Of a DNA stretch of 57,620 nt, positions 18,341 through 28,328 are shown in pieces; the stretch's first letter is position 1, and each line of letters starts with the position of its first letter. The DNA lies in IMG/VR virus record IMGVR_UViG_3300028024_000011, positions 1 to 57,620 of that record; one strand, written 5' to 3'. The translations under genes were made by a program, and so were the position numbers. The DNA comes from a virus. Taxonomy: Duplodnaviria > Caudoviricetes. Below the pieces are notes generated by a model that saw nothing but the letters and a program-made list of their open reading frames with translations, had not been told where the DNA came from and searched no databases.

Positions 18341-19678
18341 CTAGAACGCGGTAGTACGGTTTGACTGACACTCCATCGCGAACATCGCCGCGAGCGTCGG
18401 GTCATACACGGCCTGATGCGTGAATTCGTACGAACGGACGACGCCATCCGTGCCGCCCAGGTTTACGGCCGTCCACGCACCCGGGATGTAGCACCGGACT
18501 TGCTTGCGCCCCGAGCGGCCCGGCGTTGTCGTGGCGTAGCCGACTGTCGCGCCGCCGTCGAGCGTGCTTGACACAGCCGTCGTGAGCGGAATGTCTCGCG
18601 CGCTGACCTGTGCGCCCGTGAATGTCACCACGAGCGGCGTAGCGGGCCACGGACCACCGCTGACCGTGACGGTATTGCCGGCGCCGTGCGCGGCCACGAG
18701 CGCGAGATTGATGGCGCTTTGCGCAGCACCGGACGTCGAGTTGTAGGTAAGCGCGACGTTGATTCCCAGAATCTTCGCCACGACGCCGCCAGTCGTCGGC
18801 GTACCCGTAATCGTGAACGTCTGTGCTTCGTTAGCGCCGGCCTCGATCCCATCGGCCGGGCCCAGGAATTCCAGCGTCAGACCGCGCTTTGTACCGGCCT
18901 TCCACCGGTCGAATTCCTCGATACCGAACGGGCTTGACGTGTTCGGGTTGACCATCGCCGCGTCAAACACGATGGTCGACTGCACGTCAAGCTCACCCAC
19001 GGCCACGCGCCGAGCCGCGAGCGTGTTGTCGCCGCGGTACTTGCGTTCGTCGTTGTTGGAAACCTGAACGTTCCAGTTGATCAGCGTGCCCGGGATCGGG
19101 GTTTGGGCGAACGCCGAGCCGAACGTGTCGACGTAGAATCGAGTCTGCCAACCTTCCATGAAACTCGGCACGCGATCGGACAGCGCGCCCGTCAGCGAGC
19201 CGTGCGCGGTCGACGTGCCGAACAGATCCACGCTGATCATGTTCGTATCGGCTACGGCGCCGGTCAGCGTGAACTGATTGCCCTTGACGCCGGACTCAAT
19301 CCACACGTTGGCGCCGTCGTGCCACTCGATCGTGGCCGAATCGACGGCTGCTGACGCTTTGTACGTCCACAGCCGCGCCAGCGTCGCACCGGACGGTGTT
19401 GTGGGCGACACGCCGCCTTGTAGCGTGATCGCCAACATTTCCAGCATCTCGTCAGCGCTGACCGGCATGCCAACCGAGCCGCCGGCCTGCTCGGGACCGT
19501 TCGTGTAGTCAAGCACGTTGTCGCGGCGCCCGACCAGGAACCGGTGTGGTCGTGGATCTTGCGCACTGCTGAGCGCGCCATCCGGATTGAAATAAATCTT
19601 CCGGGTGGCCGCCACCGCTAGCGCTTCCGTGACCTCCTTGCCGATCTGGAAACTACCGGCCCACGTCTCGCCGCTCAT
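18341..19678 (-). CDS. Major tail (tube) protein
   Basis: QIGKE N-terminal motif, beta-rich, synteny; internal EAQTFTITGTPT..VTVSGGP domain insert. Confidence 0.75.
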   Translation of the reverse strand: MSGETWAGSFQIGKEVTEALAVAATRKIYFNPDGALSSAQDPRPHRFLVGRRDNVLDYTNGPEQAGGSVGMPVSADEMLEMLAITLQGGVSPTTPSGATLARLWTYKASAAVDSATIEWHDGANVWIESGVKGNQFTLTGAVADTNMISVDLFGTSTAHGSLTGALSDRVPSFMEGWQTRFYVDTFGSAFAQTPIPGTLINWNVQVSNNDERKYRGDNTLAARRVAVGELDVQSTIVFDAAMVNPNTSSPFGIEEFDRWKAGTKRGLTLEFLGPADGIEAGANEAQTFTITGTPTTGGVVAKILGINVALTYNSTSGAAQSAINLALVAAHGAGNTVTVSGGPWPATPLVVTFTGAQVSARDIPLTTAVSSTLDGGATVGYATTTPGRSGRKQVRCYIPGAWTAVNLGGTDGVVRSYEFTHQAVYDPTLAAMFAMECQSNRTTAF

Positions 19679-20025
19679 TAGCTATCACCGTCCTTGCTGC
19701 TCGTGGCAGCCCGAGCCGGCCGCGCCGAGCTTGCTGCCGGTGCTGCCATCGGTTTGTCATCCTCCGGCAAGACGTCGGCCGTCTTGCTCGGCGCTTCGGC
19801 CTTTGCTTCGGCCTTTGCTCGCGGCGTGAGACGGTACAGGTTGCCGGACTCGACAGCCGCGATAAGCGCGGTCTCGCCGGCGTCTTCCAACGCCTTGCGG
19901 TCTGCCTCGTCAAGATCGCGCATCGGTACCCCGTGGTACCGCTCGCTGCCGTCTCCGATGTAGGTTGCCCACTTCAGCGGCTCACCGGTCCGCTGATTCG
20001 TGGGAATGGCATCACTGTCAGACAC
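19678..20025 (-). CDS. Hypothetical protein
   Basis: ORF in late operon. Confidence 0.6.
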   Translation of the reverse strand: MSDSDAIPTNQRTGEPLKWATYIGDGSERYHGVPMRDLDEADRKALEDAGETALIAAVESGNLYRLTPRAKAEAKAEAPSKTADVLPEDDKPMAAPAASSARPARAATSSKDGDS

Positions 20026-20028
20026 CGG

Positions 20029-20499
20029 TTAGCCTCCGAAGTTTTCTCGCTGATACACCGGCACTGCGATAGGAAACAGGCGTGTCGTCTGTCCACTCAT
20101 GATCGCGTAATCGGCCGGGCTCGTAGCCGAGTGCGGCAGATCCATCCGTGTAACCGATCCGTTCAGGTTCGGCGTGACACCGTCAACGGTCTGCGATCGG
20201 TTGCGAGCTACGCGGCGGATCAGTTCGGCAACGTTCTGCATCGTGACCCGCTCGGCGTTTTCTGCGTCGGCATCGTCCAGCGCGTAGCCTAGCCAGACGA
20301 TCAGATTCGCGGATGACTCGTATATACCTCCCGCAAGCACCATATTTGTCACACCGGGATCGCCTAGCGTGATCCAAGCCGCCGAGCTTGAGTACATGCC
20401 GGCCGGCGATCCGATGATCACCTGTTGAATGGACGGAATGGTCATGAGCAGATCCGCCAGACCATCCGCCGCGGCCTCGAAGTCGATTTGATCGGCCAT
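20029..20499 (-). CDS. Tail terminator-like protein
   Basis: Size and synteny before major tail gene. Confidence 0.55.
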   Translation of the reverse strand: MADQIDFEAAADGLADLLMTIPSIQQVIIGSPAGMYSSSAAWITLGDPGVTNMVLAGGIYESSANLIVWLGYALDDADAENAERVTMQNVAELIRRVARNRSQTVDGVTPNLNGSVTRMDLPHSATSPADYAIMSGQTTRLFPIAVPVYQRENFGG

Positions 20500-20900
20500 C
20501 AGTACGTCCCCGGCCGTGTGATCACGCCGACAGACTCGCGCAGATTGCCCGATTCGACCGGTGTCCGTTCGCGGATGTAACGGACGCCGTTGTCTCTGAC
20601 CTTGCGCTTTGCCTGACCGACTGATGCCGCGCCCTTCGGGATGGCCGCGAACAGGATGGCCGGCGCTTCGGCTATCGCTTGTGCCGAGCCTAGCTCAAAC
20701 ATCCGCGCCGGCCCGGCTCGACGCGCGATCTGGCCACGTCGCGGCCCGGTGAGGAATTCGTTTTTCTCGATCGGTCGCGAATACGGCAGTCCGCTCCCCC
20801 AGACCGCGATGTCTCCCCCGAGCGCGGCGCCGGCCTCGCCAATCGCCTTGACCATCGATACCGCCTGAATGAATCCAGACGGCTTGATTAGCACTTGCAT
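20499..20900 (-). CDS. HK97 gp10-like tail completion protein
   Basis: YSRPIE and RTPVESGNLRES motifs; start MQVLIK. Confidence 0.6.
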   Translation of the reverse strand: MQVLIKPSGFIQAVSMVKAIGEAGAALGGDIAVWGSGLPYSRPIEKNEFLTGPRRGQIARRAGPARMFELGSAQAIAEAPAILFAAIPKGAASVGQAKRKVRDNGVRYIRERTPVESGNLRESVGVITRPGTY

Positions 20901-21115
20901 CAGAAGATGCCCCCGAGCGTCGGTACAAAGATCCTGAGCACGGCAATACAACAAATGATGATCGCGGCGAGCCACACGAGACGCGGCAGCAACACCGTCA
21001 CGCCCCACGGTGCGCCACCCTTCGATCCGGCATCCCGGATCGTCGCGGCAGCAAACCACGCCAGCGCAATCACGATGCAACAAATAATGACGACGGTCAC
21101 GAACGGGACCAACAT
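20900..21115 (-). CDS. Two-TM membrane protein (holin-like)
   Basis: Two long hydrophobic segments in 71 aa. Confidence 0.6.
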   Translation of the reverse strand: MLVPFVTVVIICCIVIALAWFAAATIRDAGSKGGAPWGVTVLLPRLVWLAAIIICCIAVLRIFVPTLGGIF

Positions 21116-21125
21116 CGCGCACCCC

Positions 21126-21554
21126 CTACGCCATCAGGCTCGGGCTTGACTCGTCAAGCCGAGTGAATAGGATCGTCAGATTCGTTAGCGCCGACATGAT
21201 CGCCGGTACCAACGCGGCCACAGCCGCCGATGTCAGTACGTCCGTGAACGTCTGGAATGGCAACGGAACCGAGCCCGGCGCAACCGCCCCGGTGAACCCG
21301 GCCGCGATCAGGAAACCCACGAGTGACTGTAGGTACGTCTTGACCGCGCGAATCACAACACGCGACATGATCGTGACCGCAACGACGCGCACATTCGGAT
21401 TGTCGCCCGGCGTGTGAAACGTGATGGACTCCCCAACCGCCACGATGCCGTCCGTGTGAGCTGTCGCGATGATCGTCTGCGTTGGACCGGATGGTCCGTT
21501 CGGGAACCGCTCGCGTAGCTCTTGCTCGATCTCAGCGGCCGTCTGTTTTGTCAT
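21126..21554 (-). CDS. Holin-like protein
   Basis: RAVKTYLQSLVG followed by two TM segments, resembling actinobacterial-type holins. Confidence 0.6.
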   Translation of the reverse strand: MTKQTAAEIEQELRERFPNGPSGPTQTIIATAHTDGIVAVGESITFHTPGDNPNVRVVAVTIMSRVVIRAVKTYLQSLVGFLIAAGFTGAVAPGSVPLPFQTFTDVLTSAAVAALVPAIMSALTNLTILFTRLDESSPSLMA

Positions 21555-22078
21555 GGCGTCTCACCCGGTGCTGGTAACTCGCGCCGGCGTCGCGCTTCGT
21601 CTCGCGTCGGCCCTTCCACGTCCTGTGTGATCCATTCTGGCCACCGGAAGTCGTCAGGACTCAGACCGGCTGCCGCGCGTAGATGTTCGAATTGAATCTG
21701 TACCGCGGTAGCGAATCGGTGGTGACGATTGCGCAGATTGATATTCTCTTCTGTTAGACGATCGATCATGCCGCGCTGTTCAGCGTTCAGGACCATAAGC
21801 GTATTTATCTGCGCGTCTTTCTCAGCAAGTCGTCTCGTCTGGATTTCGTCGCGTTCCTCGAATCGCTTCGTCTTCGCTTCGTCGGCTTTCTCTAGTGCCT
21901 CGATCCGTTCGAGTAGCGACTTACGGAGCCCGGTCTGCAAGTCAGCGGTAAATGTGTCCTTCCGCGCGTTGTTTTTGAACACGAGATCAACGAGTTTGAT
22001 GACGGTAACACCGCCACCGAACCATCCGATTACAGCGCCGATCTGTCCCCACGATGGCATATCGAACTGCCATGCCAT
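21551..22078 (-). CDS. Membrane-anchored coiled-coil protein
   Basis: Start MAWQFD, N-terminal TM, long coiled coil. Confidence 0.6.
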   Translation of the reverse strand: MAWQFDMPSWGQIGAVIGWFGGGVTVIKLVDLVFKNNARKDTFTADLQTGLRKSLLERIEALEKADEAKTKRFEERDEIQTRRLAEKDAQINTLMVLNAEQRGMIDRLTEENINLRNRHHRFATAVQIQFEHLRAAAGLSPDDFRWPEWITQDVEGPTRDEARRRRELPAPGETP

Positions 22079-22506
22079 TACCGAGCCGCCGAACGCACCG
22101 GCCCCCGTAAGCGAACGTAGCACCAGCACTGCCACACTCCCGCTAACAGAAATACCCACGCCGCCCAGGATGATGGTACCGCGTGTAGAAAGATGCCGGA
22201 CAGCGCCAACCATACCCCGGCCCCGATGCCGGCGAATTGTCGGCGCCAATATTCCGAGCCATTCCTGAGCACGGCAAGATGCCCAATGCCGATACAGATA
22301 AACAGCATCCCGAATAGCCACTCTGGTAGCAAACTGAGATCCCGGAAAGCTACCGAGTTGCCAAACGTATCGAATGGCGCGACCAACACCACGCCGAGCA
22401 CAAGTTTCAGCAAGCCGCCTGATAGCTCGGTTGGCTCGGTGTCGTGTTCGGATAGAATCCGCCCCCACCACGTTTGCGCTAGGTAGGCGATCACTCTGGC
22501 AGACAT
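22078..22506 (-). CDS. Four-TM membrane protein
   Basis: Four hydrophobic segments. Confidence 0.65.
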   Translation of the reverse strand: MSARVIAYLAQTWWGRILSEHDTEPTELSGGLLKLVLGVVLVAPFDTFGNSVAFRDLSLLPEWLFGMLFICIGIGHLAVLRNGSEYWRRQFAGIGAGVWLALSGIFLHAVPSSWAAWVFLLAGVWQCWCYVRLRGPVRSAAR

Positions 22507-22553
22507 TCGCCCCACCGCCCCAATCCCGAATCATCGGACGACGTACCGCGTGA

Positions 22554-22913
22554 TCATGCGCGGACAACCTCAGCGCGCCTATGTGACGGGCTTCCGTTCG
22601 GTCCCTGAGCTATCGCCAGTGTGCCGCGCTGAACGTTCCAGCGCGCCGGCCCGGTGCCGTCTCGGTTCTCTTCCACGCGCGGCCCGGTAACCTCGATCTG
22701 GCTATCCTCGGGCAGAATGTAGGACTGATCGAACATGATCGAGCGGTTCGCCGCTAGGTCGCGCCGATCCGCCGATGTGGCCGCCGGCTGTCTCATGACA
22801 TGCTGTAGCCGACACGGGATACCCGTAGCGGCCAGTGTCGTGTACTGGCCGCGATCAGCCGCGTTGCGCGTGTAGACGGCCATTGTCTGGTCGAACAGTG
22901 CGCGCGGTGGCAT
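22554..22913 (-). CDS. Head-closure (stopper)-like protein
   Basis: Synteny; GIPCRLQ motif. Confidence 0.55.
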   Translation of the reverse strand: MPPRALFDQTMAVYTRNAADRGQYTTLAATGIPCRLQHVMRQPAATSADRRDLAANRSIMFDQSYILPEDSQIEVTGPRVEENRDGTGPARWNVQRGTLAIAQGPNGSPSHRRAEVVRA

Positions 22914-23476
22914 TAGGCGAACCTCACCACGGGCCGGCCTAGCAAACTCGCCGCTTCGTCCGGAATGACGTTGCTCGTTGTGTAAGTCACTGAATAGTCG
23001 CCGGGTACCGAGAACGACTTGATACCCGAGCGCTCGTCAGGCTTGAACAGCAACAGGCCGGCCGCGATCAACTCGGCCGCGTATTTGATGTGCGCCGGCA
23101 CGGTCTGAGCCGTGACGTACGTGATCGTGGCACGCATACCATCGGCCGCGGCTACCAGTAGCTCACCGGTTGCCGCGTCGAGCAGTTCGTACGATGTGCC
23201 GGCTATCAGTGCGTTCGCTGTCGCGCCGATGGCCACATCACGAACTGATACAGACGTCACGGACTGCACCGGCGGATGTGCAAGGAACAGACGGCCGCCA
23301 CTCACGGTAGCCATCTCGTTCGACACAGTAGCCGGGCCACCCATCCACGACTTGCCCGTCCGACGATCGATCAGCGCGGTTGCCGTATCGATCGCTGTTT
23401 GGGCTTGCGCGGTCTCAGCGGTGGTCAGTGACCGCTGTAGGAACGTCTGTAGGTCAGTCGTCGTGATGTATGCCAT
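22913..23476 (-). CDS. Head-tail adaptor (gp6/gp15-like)
   Basis: MAYITTTDL start, VPAHIKYA, IKSFSV.GDYSVTY. Confidence 0.75.
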   Translation of the reverse strand: MAYITTTDLQTFLQRSLTTAETAQAQTAIDTATALIDRRTGKSWMGGPATVSNEMATVSGGRLFLAHPPVQSVTSVSVRDVAIGATANALIAGTSYELLDAATGELLVAAADGMRATITYVTAQTVPAHIKYAAELIAAGLLLFKPDERSGIKSFSVPGDYSVTYTTSNVIPDEAASLLGRPVVRFA

Positions 23477-23489
23477 CAGCGCTCAGCCC

Positions 23490-24242
23490 TCAGTTGCTAC
23501 CGCGTCGGCGTGGTTCGATCCGCCCGGCCGAGCCCGGCTGTGGCGCCTGAACGGCCTTATCAGCCGGTGCATCGTCCACGGCCTTGCTGTCGGTGCCGCT
23601 GTCACCGTCAGACGCCTCCGATTGCTCCTGGGCGTCGCTTGGCGCTTCGTTGCTGTCCGTCGTGGTGTCTGACGCGTCGTCGTCGTTCTTGCCCTCAGAT
23701 TCGCCGCTGTCGTCGTCCGTGTTGTCGGCCGGCAACGGTGCGCCATCTGTGGTGTGCGAGCCCTGCCCGAGATCCGTGCCCATGTCGGCCGGCGACTCAA
23801 CGACGGTTGCCCCGGTCAGCACCGGCGACGTGCTGGCGACCGTATGCGAGCCTTGCCCCAGATCGGTACCGGTGTCGGCCGGCGTGATAGTCACGGTAGC
23901 CGCCGCGTCAGTGGACGGCATCGGCGTGATAGCTCGCGCGGATCGCCGCGTCGGGATGATTCGATCCGGTGCCAACGCGGCTTCAAGCGCGCTCGGGCCC
24001 GGCGTGTGCTTCGTCTCAACGATCACGCCGAGTCCGGCCTTTACAGCCGCTTCGGCATCCTCGCGGCTCAGTTGCCGCATGTCGCGCGGCCCAAACTGGA
24101 CGGCCACAAGCTCAGCCATGTTACCCCCTGGTGTGACGATCGCGGATGGCGTATCAACCGGATGGATAGCGCTCGACGTGGGACCACCACACGCCGCGCC
24201 ATCCGCTTTGCACAGCGGGCAGTGGTCCCCGTCGAATGACAT
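23490..24242 (-). CDS. Hypothetical low-complexity acidic protein
   Basis: CPLC..C N-terminus, duplicated D.GTDLGQGSHT, acidic tail. Confidence 0.6.
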   Translation of the reverse strand: MSFDGDHCPLCKADGAACGGPTSSAIHPVDTPSAIVTPGGNMAELVAVQFGPRDMRQLSREDAEAAVKAGLGVIVETKHTPGPSALEAALAPDRIIPTRRSARAITPMPSTDAAATVTITPADTGTDLGQGSHTVASTSPVLTGATVVESPADMGTDLGQGSHTTDGAPLPADNTDDDSGESEGKNDDDASDTTTDSNEAPSDAQEQSEASDGDSGTDSKAVDDAPADKAVQAPQPGSAGRIEPRRRGSN

Positions 24243-24613
24243 CAGGACTCCGCGGTCCACGTGCCGGTGTAGCCGACGCACGCCCAGGAACCGGCCTCGA
24301 AACAGGCCAGATGGACGGATTCCCCAACCGCGTCGGCACTCAGGTACTTGCCGGCCGCGCCGGGCACGCCGGACGATGGCAGACTGATCGTCTCGGTACC
24401 GTTCGGATCAATCCGCAACTCGAATGCCTCACGCACGCCGAAATAGACGTGCATGCCGGGCTGAGACGCCGGCAGCGCCAGCGTGATCACGCCTGACGCG
24501 CCGTTGTTGGAATGGAACGTCTGCATATCGTTGTGGGTGAGCGTCGCGTTCGCGGTGTGCTCGACGGTATCGAGCCGTCCGCGCCCGTTCAGCGTCTCGG
24601 ATGGGTAGCCCAT
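24242..24613 (-). CDS. Putative virion structural protein
   Basis: ITLALPA..GM beta-rich; GGAGG RBS; after capsid. Confidence 0.55.
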   Translation of the reverse strand: MGYPSETLNGRGRLDTVEHTANATLTHNDMQTFHSNNGASGVITLALPASQPGMHVYFGVREAFELRIDPNGTETISLPSSGVPGAAGKYLSADAVGESVHLACFEAGSWACVGYTGTWTAES

Positions 24614-24623
24614 CGGTGCCTCC

Positions 24624-24648
24624 GAAATGTCATCTCAGGATGACATTG
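24624..24648. promoter_or_regulatory. Palindrome copy 5
   Basis: AATGTCATC-TCAG-GATGACATT, intergenic. Confidence 0.85.
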
Positions 24649-24658
24649 TTCCGCGCGA

Positions 24659-25123
24659 TTAGCTGATGGTCGGGTTTGCCGAGCCGCGGAAGTGGACGAC
24701 GTACGGAACCGCGATATCCGCCGTGATGTCGGCAGAGAACACGGCCTCAACGCGGACGCCTTGCGGGCCGACAGTGCCGGCCACGAGCCGCTGTGCCCGA
24801 TTGGCCGCGTTCGTGCCGGACAACGCGGCTTCGTTGTACGCCTCGCGCCGCCAGTTCGTCCCATCGATCTTGCGACTGAGAGCAAACTGCGCGGTGATGG
24901 TGGACTCGACGGCCGCGAATCCGTTGGTAGCCTTTGCCAGATCCAGGATGATCTCGACGTCGTTCAGCACGACGCCGGCCGGTGGCGTGATGGTCAGGAT
25001 TGCGAACGCGGACGTCTCTGTCTGCGCGGCATCCGAGATCGTCGCGGTACCAGTCAGCACCTTTGGCATGGTGTATGCCTGAATCACGCTCGACTGGCTC
25101 AGGTTCGTATCGGCGTAGCCCAT
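24659..25123 (-). CDS. Putative capsid decoration protein
   Basis: Beta-rich 154 aa directly after MCP. Confidence 0.5.
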   Translation of the reverse strand: MGYADTNLSQSSVIQAYTMPKVLTGTATISDAAQTETSAFAILTITPPAGVVLNDVEIILDLAKATNGFAAVESTITAQFALSRKIDGTNWRREAYNEAALSGTNAANRAQRLVAGTVGPQGVRVEAVFSADITADIAVPYVVHFRGSANPTIS

Positions 25124-25175
25124 CTGATGCTCCCATCGCCGGGCCGCTCGGCCCGGCGTGATGATCCGCCGTCGA

Positions 25176-26501
25176 TTACGGCGTGATGTCGGTCCGCACG
25201 ATCGAGACGGGGCGAATCACACCCATCGCGGCGCGAGCCACCGCCATGATTGCCACGAGCCGTCTGAGAAAGAAGTCCGCGTGCGCGTTCGTGGACTGAA
25301 TCGACGTCTGCTGACGATCCCAGACGACGACGGTACGGAAGTTGCCGACCATCGGCCGCCCTTCCGTGACGCCCTCGTTCTCGACAACCGGCAGACCCCA
25401 CAGCCGCGGTGTCCCCATCACGGACGGGCCGCCGAAGTAGTACCGATTCTCGTTGTCCGTCAGGAGATCGATCGATTCCCAGTCGTTGGGGTGCATCAGG
25501 TACGCGGTCGCGCTCGTGCGGCCCACCGTGCGAACGAGCGTCCGGGCCTTGCGGAGTGTGGTCAGCACGTCCGTTGCAAACGGCTGCAACTGAAGCCCGG
25601 ATGTGTTCTCAATGCCGGTGAAGTTGTCGCCCACGCCGTTGCCGCTGATGACCTGATTCTCGAAAGACTCCTGTACGCCGAACGTCAGGAAATTGTCGAT
25701 AAGCGTCTGCATCTGGCCGGCGTCGTCCAGCGCGCGAGTGGTCGCCGGAATCCAGTGCCCGATGTCCTTGACCGGCGTTTGCACCTGCACGAGCGCCAGA
25801 CCGGACTCCGGCAGCATGCCCGAGCTACCAGACGTGGCCGTAGCCTCGCCCACGACGGCCGCGTTGTTCGTCTCGCTGGTCTCCTGGACGTACTCCACGG
25901 TATCACTGTTCGTCTGACCGATAGTGATGATGTCCCGGATGTTGAGCGGACGACGGCCGAGCAGATCGAGCCCGGCCTGAATGTCTGGGAACACGAGCGC
26001 GCCGCCGGACGTGTTCGACGCGCCGGTGACGAGATCCTTCCAGCCCATCCCGAGCAGTTCTTTTAGGCCAACGTCCGGGATGTCGACGGCCGGGCTCGTG
26101 AACTGAAAGCCCTTGGCGGCCGTCGCATTCAGGCGCGGCCGGATCTCGTGCAGCCACGACTTGAACGCTTCGTCAAGCGTGACAATTTGCCCGATCGTCT
26201 TCCGCGCGCTCGCCTTGCGCCACTCGCTGTCGGACGGGTTGCCGCCGTTGCCCATCCGGGGACGCTGGCCGGTCTGCTGGAAGTCGTTCGTACGCCGCTC
26301 GCCGGCAGTCCTGATGCCCTCAAGCTCTTGCGCCCGTAGCGCCTTCTTTTCGAGCGCTTCGATGTCCTGATTGAGCTTGATAACGGCTTCCTGATCCGGC
26401 TCCGGCATGTCGCCGTCGTGCTCGTCGTCGGCGCGATCGAAGAAAGCCGTAACCTCGCCTTGCTTTGCCTCAATCTCGGCTAGCAGTGCCGCGAGTTTCA
26501 T
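25176..26501 (-). CDS. Major capsid protein, HK97 family
   Basis: Coiled-coil delta domain, SGGALV, VGE, ENQVISGNG, MHPNDW, LWGLPVV. Confidence 0.93.
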   Translation of the reverse strand: MKLAALLAEIEAKQGEVTAFFDRADDEHDGDMPEPDQEAVIKLNQDIEALEKKALRAQELEGIRTAGERRTNDFQQTGQRPRMGNGGNPSDSEWRKASARKTIGQIVTLDEAFKSWLHEIRPRLNATAAKGFQFTSPAVDIPDVGLKELLGMGWKDLVTGASNTSGGALVFPDIQAGLDLLGRRPLNIRDIITIGQTNSDTVEYVQETSETNNAAVVGEATATSGSSGMLPESGLALVQVQTPVKDIGHWIPATTRALDDAGQMQTLIDNFLTFGVQESFENQVISGNGVGDNFTGIENTSGLQLQPFATDVLTTLRKARTLVRTVGRTSATAYLMHPNDWESIDLLTDNENRYYFGGPSVMGTPRLWGLPVVENEGVTEGRPMVGNFRTVVVWDRQQTSIQSTNAHADFFLRRLVAIMAVARAAMGVIRPVSIVRTDITP

Positions 26502-27574
26502 GCTGATACCCCTAGCTCGCGTGCCATCCGTGCCCGCGTGCGATCGAATTGCGAGCGTAGCCGTAGCGTCGTGGTGCGCCCGGACTTACCCGCGTCGTCC
26601 GTTGCCGGTGCTGTCTCAGCGTGGATCGCGTCGAGCAGATCGGCGTGTGACCGCAACCCGGTCACGACTTCCGCGATCTGCGATCGTCGCGTCTCGCTGA
26701 TCTTCCGGCCCTCTCTCGCACGCAACGCCGACCCGGCCTGTGTGCGCTTGACGTACTCTTGCACCACGAGCCCGACCCGGGCCGCGTGCAAGTCGTAACC
26801 GATCCCAATACCCTTGACGGGTACGAAATTCGTTTGCGGCTCAACCTGCCGCATGTCTCCGAGCGTGATGGTACCGTCACTACTCAGCGAGTAGTTGACG
26901 TCCCAGTATTGCGGCTCGTCTAGATCGAGGCGCCACAGCACGGCTACGAAGTGAGACGGGTAAGTCGCGACGGTGTACGCGTACGCGTGCATGCCACCGT
27001 CGCCGGATTGCGCGGACTGGAACTGCTCGGCTAGCCGGTCGCTCAGTTCTTCAAACGAGCCGGACGCGGTACCGTCCATCTCGCCGTAGCACTTTTCGCC
27101 ATCCGTCCGGCCGGCTTTGATGGACTCGGTGTACGTCTCTCGGTTCGCGCCCACCAGGACCGGCGATACCTCGAAGGTTGTGCCCCTGACCAGTTCGGTC
27201 ACGATCAGGTCGCCGCGCTTCGCCGGTCGGGCTTCGAGTACCTGAAACCCGAACGACCATTCCTGAAGCTCGGCCATGTTCTTGACCGTGCGGTACGTGT
27301 CGAGCCCGGCCGTCGTGTCCAGAAAGAACCGGCCGTCCAGCACGGCGCCGGCATCTTCCACACGGATAACGCCCTTGCCTACCGCCAGATCGCCCCACCG
27401 ATGTCCCCATGCCGCGATCGGCACCGGCTGGCCGTCCTCGAAGAACGATGGCAGTGTGACCTCGTTGTCGCTGTCCACGACATCGAACACACTGAACAGT
27501 GCGCGAACGGTGCCGGCTTCGTCGTTCGTCTGGACGCCGCCGGCAGCCTTGAGCGTGACCCGTTTGGTACGCAT
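26498..27574 (-). CDS. Prohead protease, HK97 family, with C-terminal extension
   Basis: FSVFDVVDSD, WGH, WSFGF, EVSPVLVGAN. Confidence 0.9.
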   Translation of the reverse strand: MRTKRVTLKAAGGVQTNDEAGTVRALFSVFDVVDSDNEVTLPSFFEDGQPVPIAAWGHRWGDLAVGKGVIRVEDAGAVLDGRFFLDTTAGLDTYRTVKNMAELQEWSFGFQVLEARPAKRGDLIVTELVRGTTFEVSPVLVGANRETYTESIKAGRTDGEKCYGEMDGTASGSFEELSDRLAEQFQSAQSGDGGMHAYAYTVATYPSHFVAVLWRLDLDEPQYWDVNYSLSSDGTITLGDMRQVEPQTNFVPVKGIGIGYDLHAARVGLVVQEYVKRTQAGSALRAREGRKISETRRSQIAEVVTGLRSHADLLDAIHAETAPATDDAGKSGRTTTLRLRSQFDRTRARMARELGVSA

Positions 27575-27664
27575 AGACGAAAGCCCTTTCTGTAGCCGGC
27601 TGCCATGCGCCGGTCATCGAAGGGGCTGTGTAGCGCCCGTCTATGTGTGTGTGCGAGCCGTAGC

Positions 27665-27704
27665 CGCGAGCCGTGGCCGCTAACGGACACGGCCACGGCT
27701 CGCG
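27665..27704. other. 15-bp-stem hairpin in the leader of the head operon
   Basis: CGCGAGCCGTGGCCG-N10-CGGCCACGGCTCGCG, with TATACT (minus) at 27715-27710. Confidence 0.55.
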
Positions 27705-27717
27705 CACTGAGTATATC

Positions 27718-28035
27718 CTAGCTCGCGCCCCACCGTCTAGAACGGTTCCAACGGCTCGCCGGGTGGCCGTAGGGCCGTTCTACGTCCGTAGCTGACTCTT
27801 CGTCCGTGTCGGCGTTTTGGTAGCCGCTACGGGCCGCGTACGGCTTGTCATCCTGAGATGACATTGTCCCGTCGAGCAGCGATCGTATGTCGATTTTCTC
27901 AGTGTAGAACCGCCGGCAGCGTTTGTCCGCGCACACGATCTCTAAGACCAGCACGTGGCCACGTAGACGCCAGCGCAACGCGAGCCGGTGCCGGCAGACG
28001 TCGTTATCACAATTGACGTCGTGTAACTCGGCCAT
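27718..28035 (-). CDS. Zinc-ribbon protein (Com-like position)
   Basis: CDNDVC...CADKRC; start MAELHD. Confidence 0.55.
   Translation of the reverse strand: MAELHDVNCDNDVCRHRLALRWRLRGHVLVLEIVCADKRCRRFYTEKIDIRSLLDGTMSSQDDKPYAARSGYQNADTDEESATDVERPYGHPASRWNRSRRWGAS
27846..27863. promoter_or_regulatory. Palindrome copy 6 (within CDS)
   Basis: TGTCATC-CTGA-GATGACA. Confidence 0.8.
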
Positions 28036-28328
28036 TAGCGGCCAACAATGGCCACCGTGTTGCCCACCCACAGCGGCGACGATCCCCACTCAACGGGCCG
28101 CTTGCCCTGTGGCGTGTCCTCGATCAGTTGCGAGCCGTCAGCGAGGTACGCGTGCAGGATCATCGAACGAAGGATCTTGCCGTCTTCGGTTACCTTCTCG
28201 ATCTTGCGCCCGAGCTTCAGCGTAACTGTCATCAGTCCGTCGTCGCCTACGATCGGTGCCGGCGACTTCGCTACCGTCTGCTTTGGGTACGTACCGCGGA
28301 GCTTCCGTACTTTCGCCTGTCCCATCAT
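28035..28328 (-). CDS. Hypothetical protein
   Basis: ORF coupled to neighbours, AGGGGG RBS. Confidence 0.6.
   Translation of the reverse strand: MMGQAKVRKLRGTYPKQTVAKSPAPIVGDDGLMTVTLKLGRKIEKVTEDGKILRSMILHAYLADGSQLIEDTPQGKRPVEWGSSPLWVGNTVAIVGR

Noticed and set aside
23755-23885. ~40-bp direct repeat 90 bp apart
   Set aside because: Simple intragenic duplication (D.GTDLGQGSHT) in a low-complexity protein.
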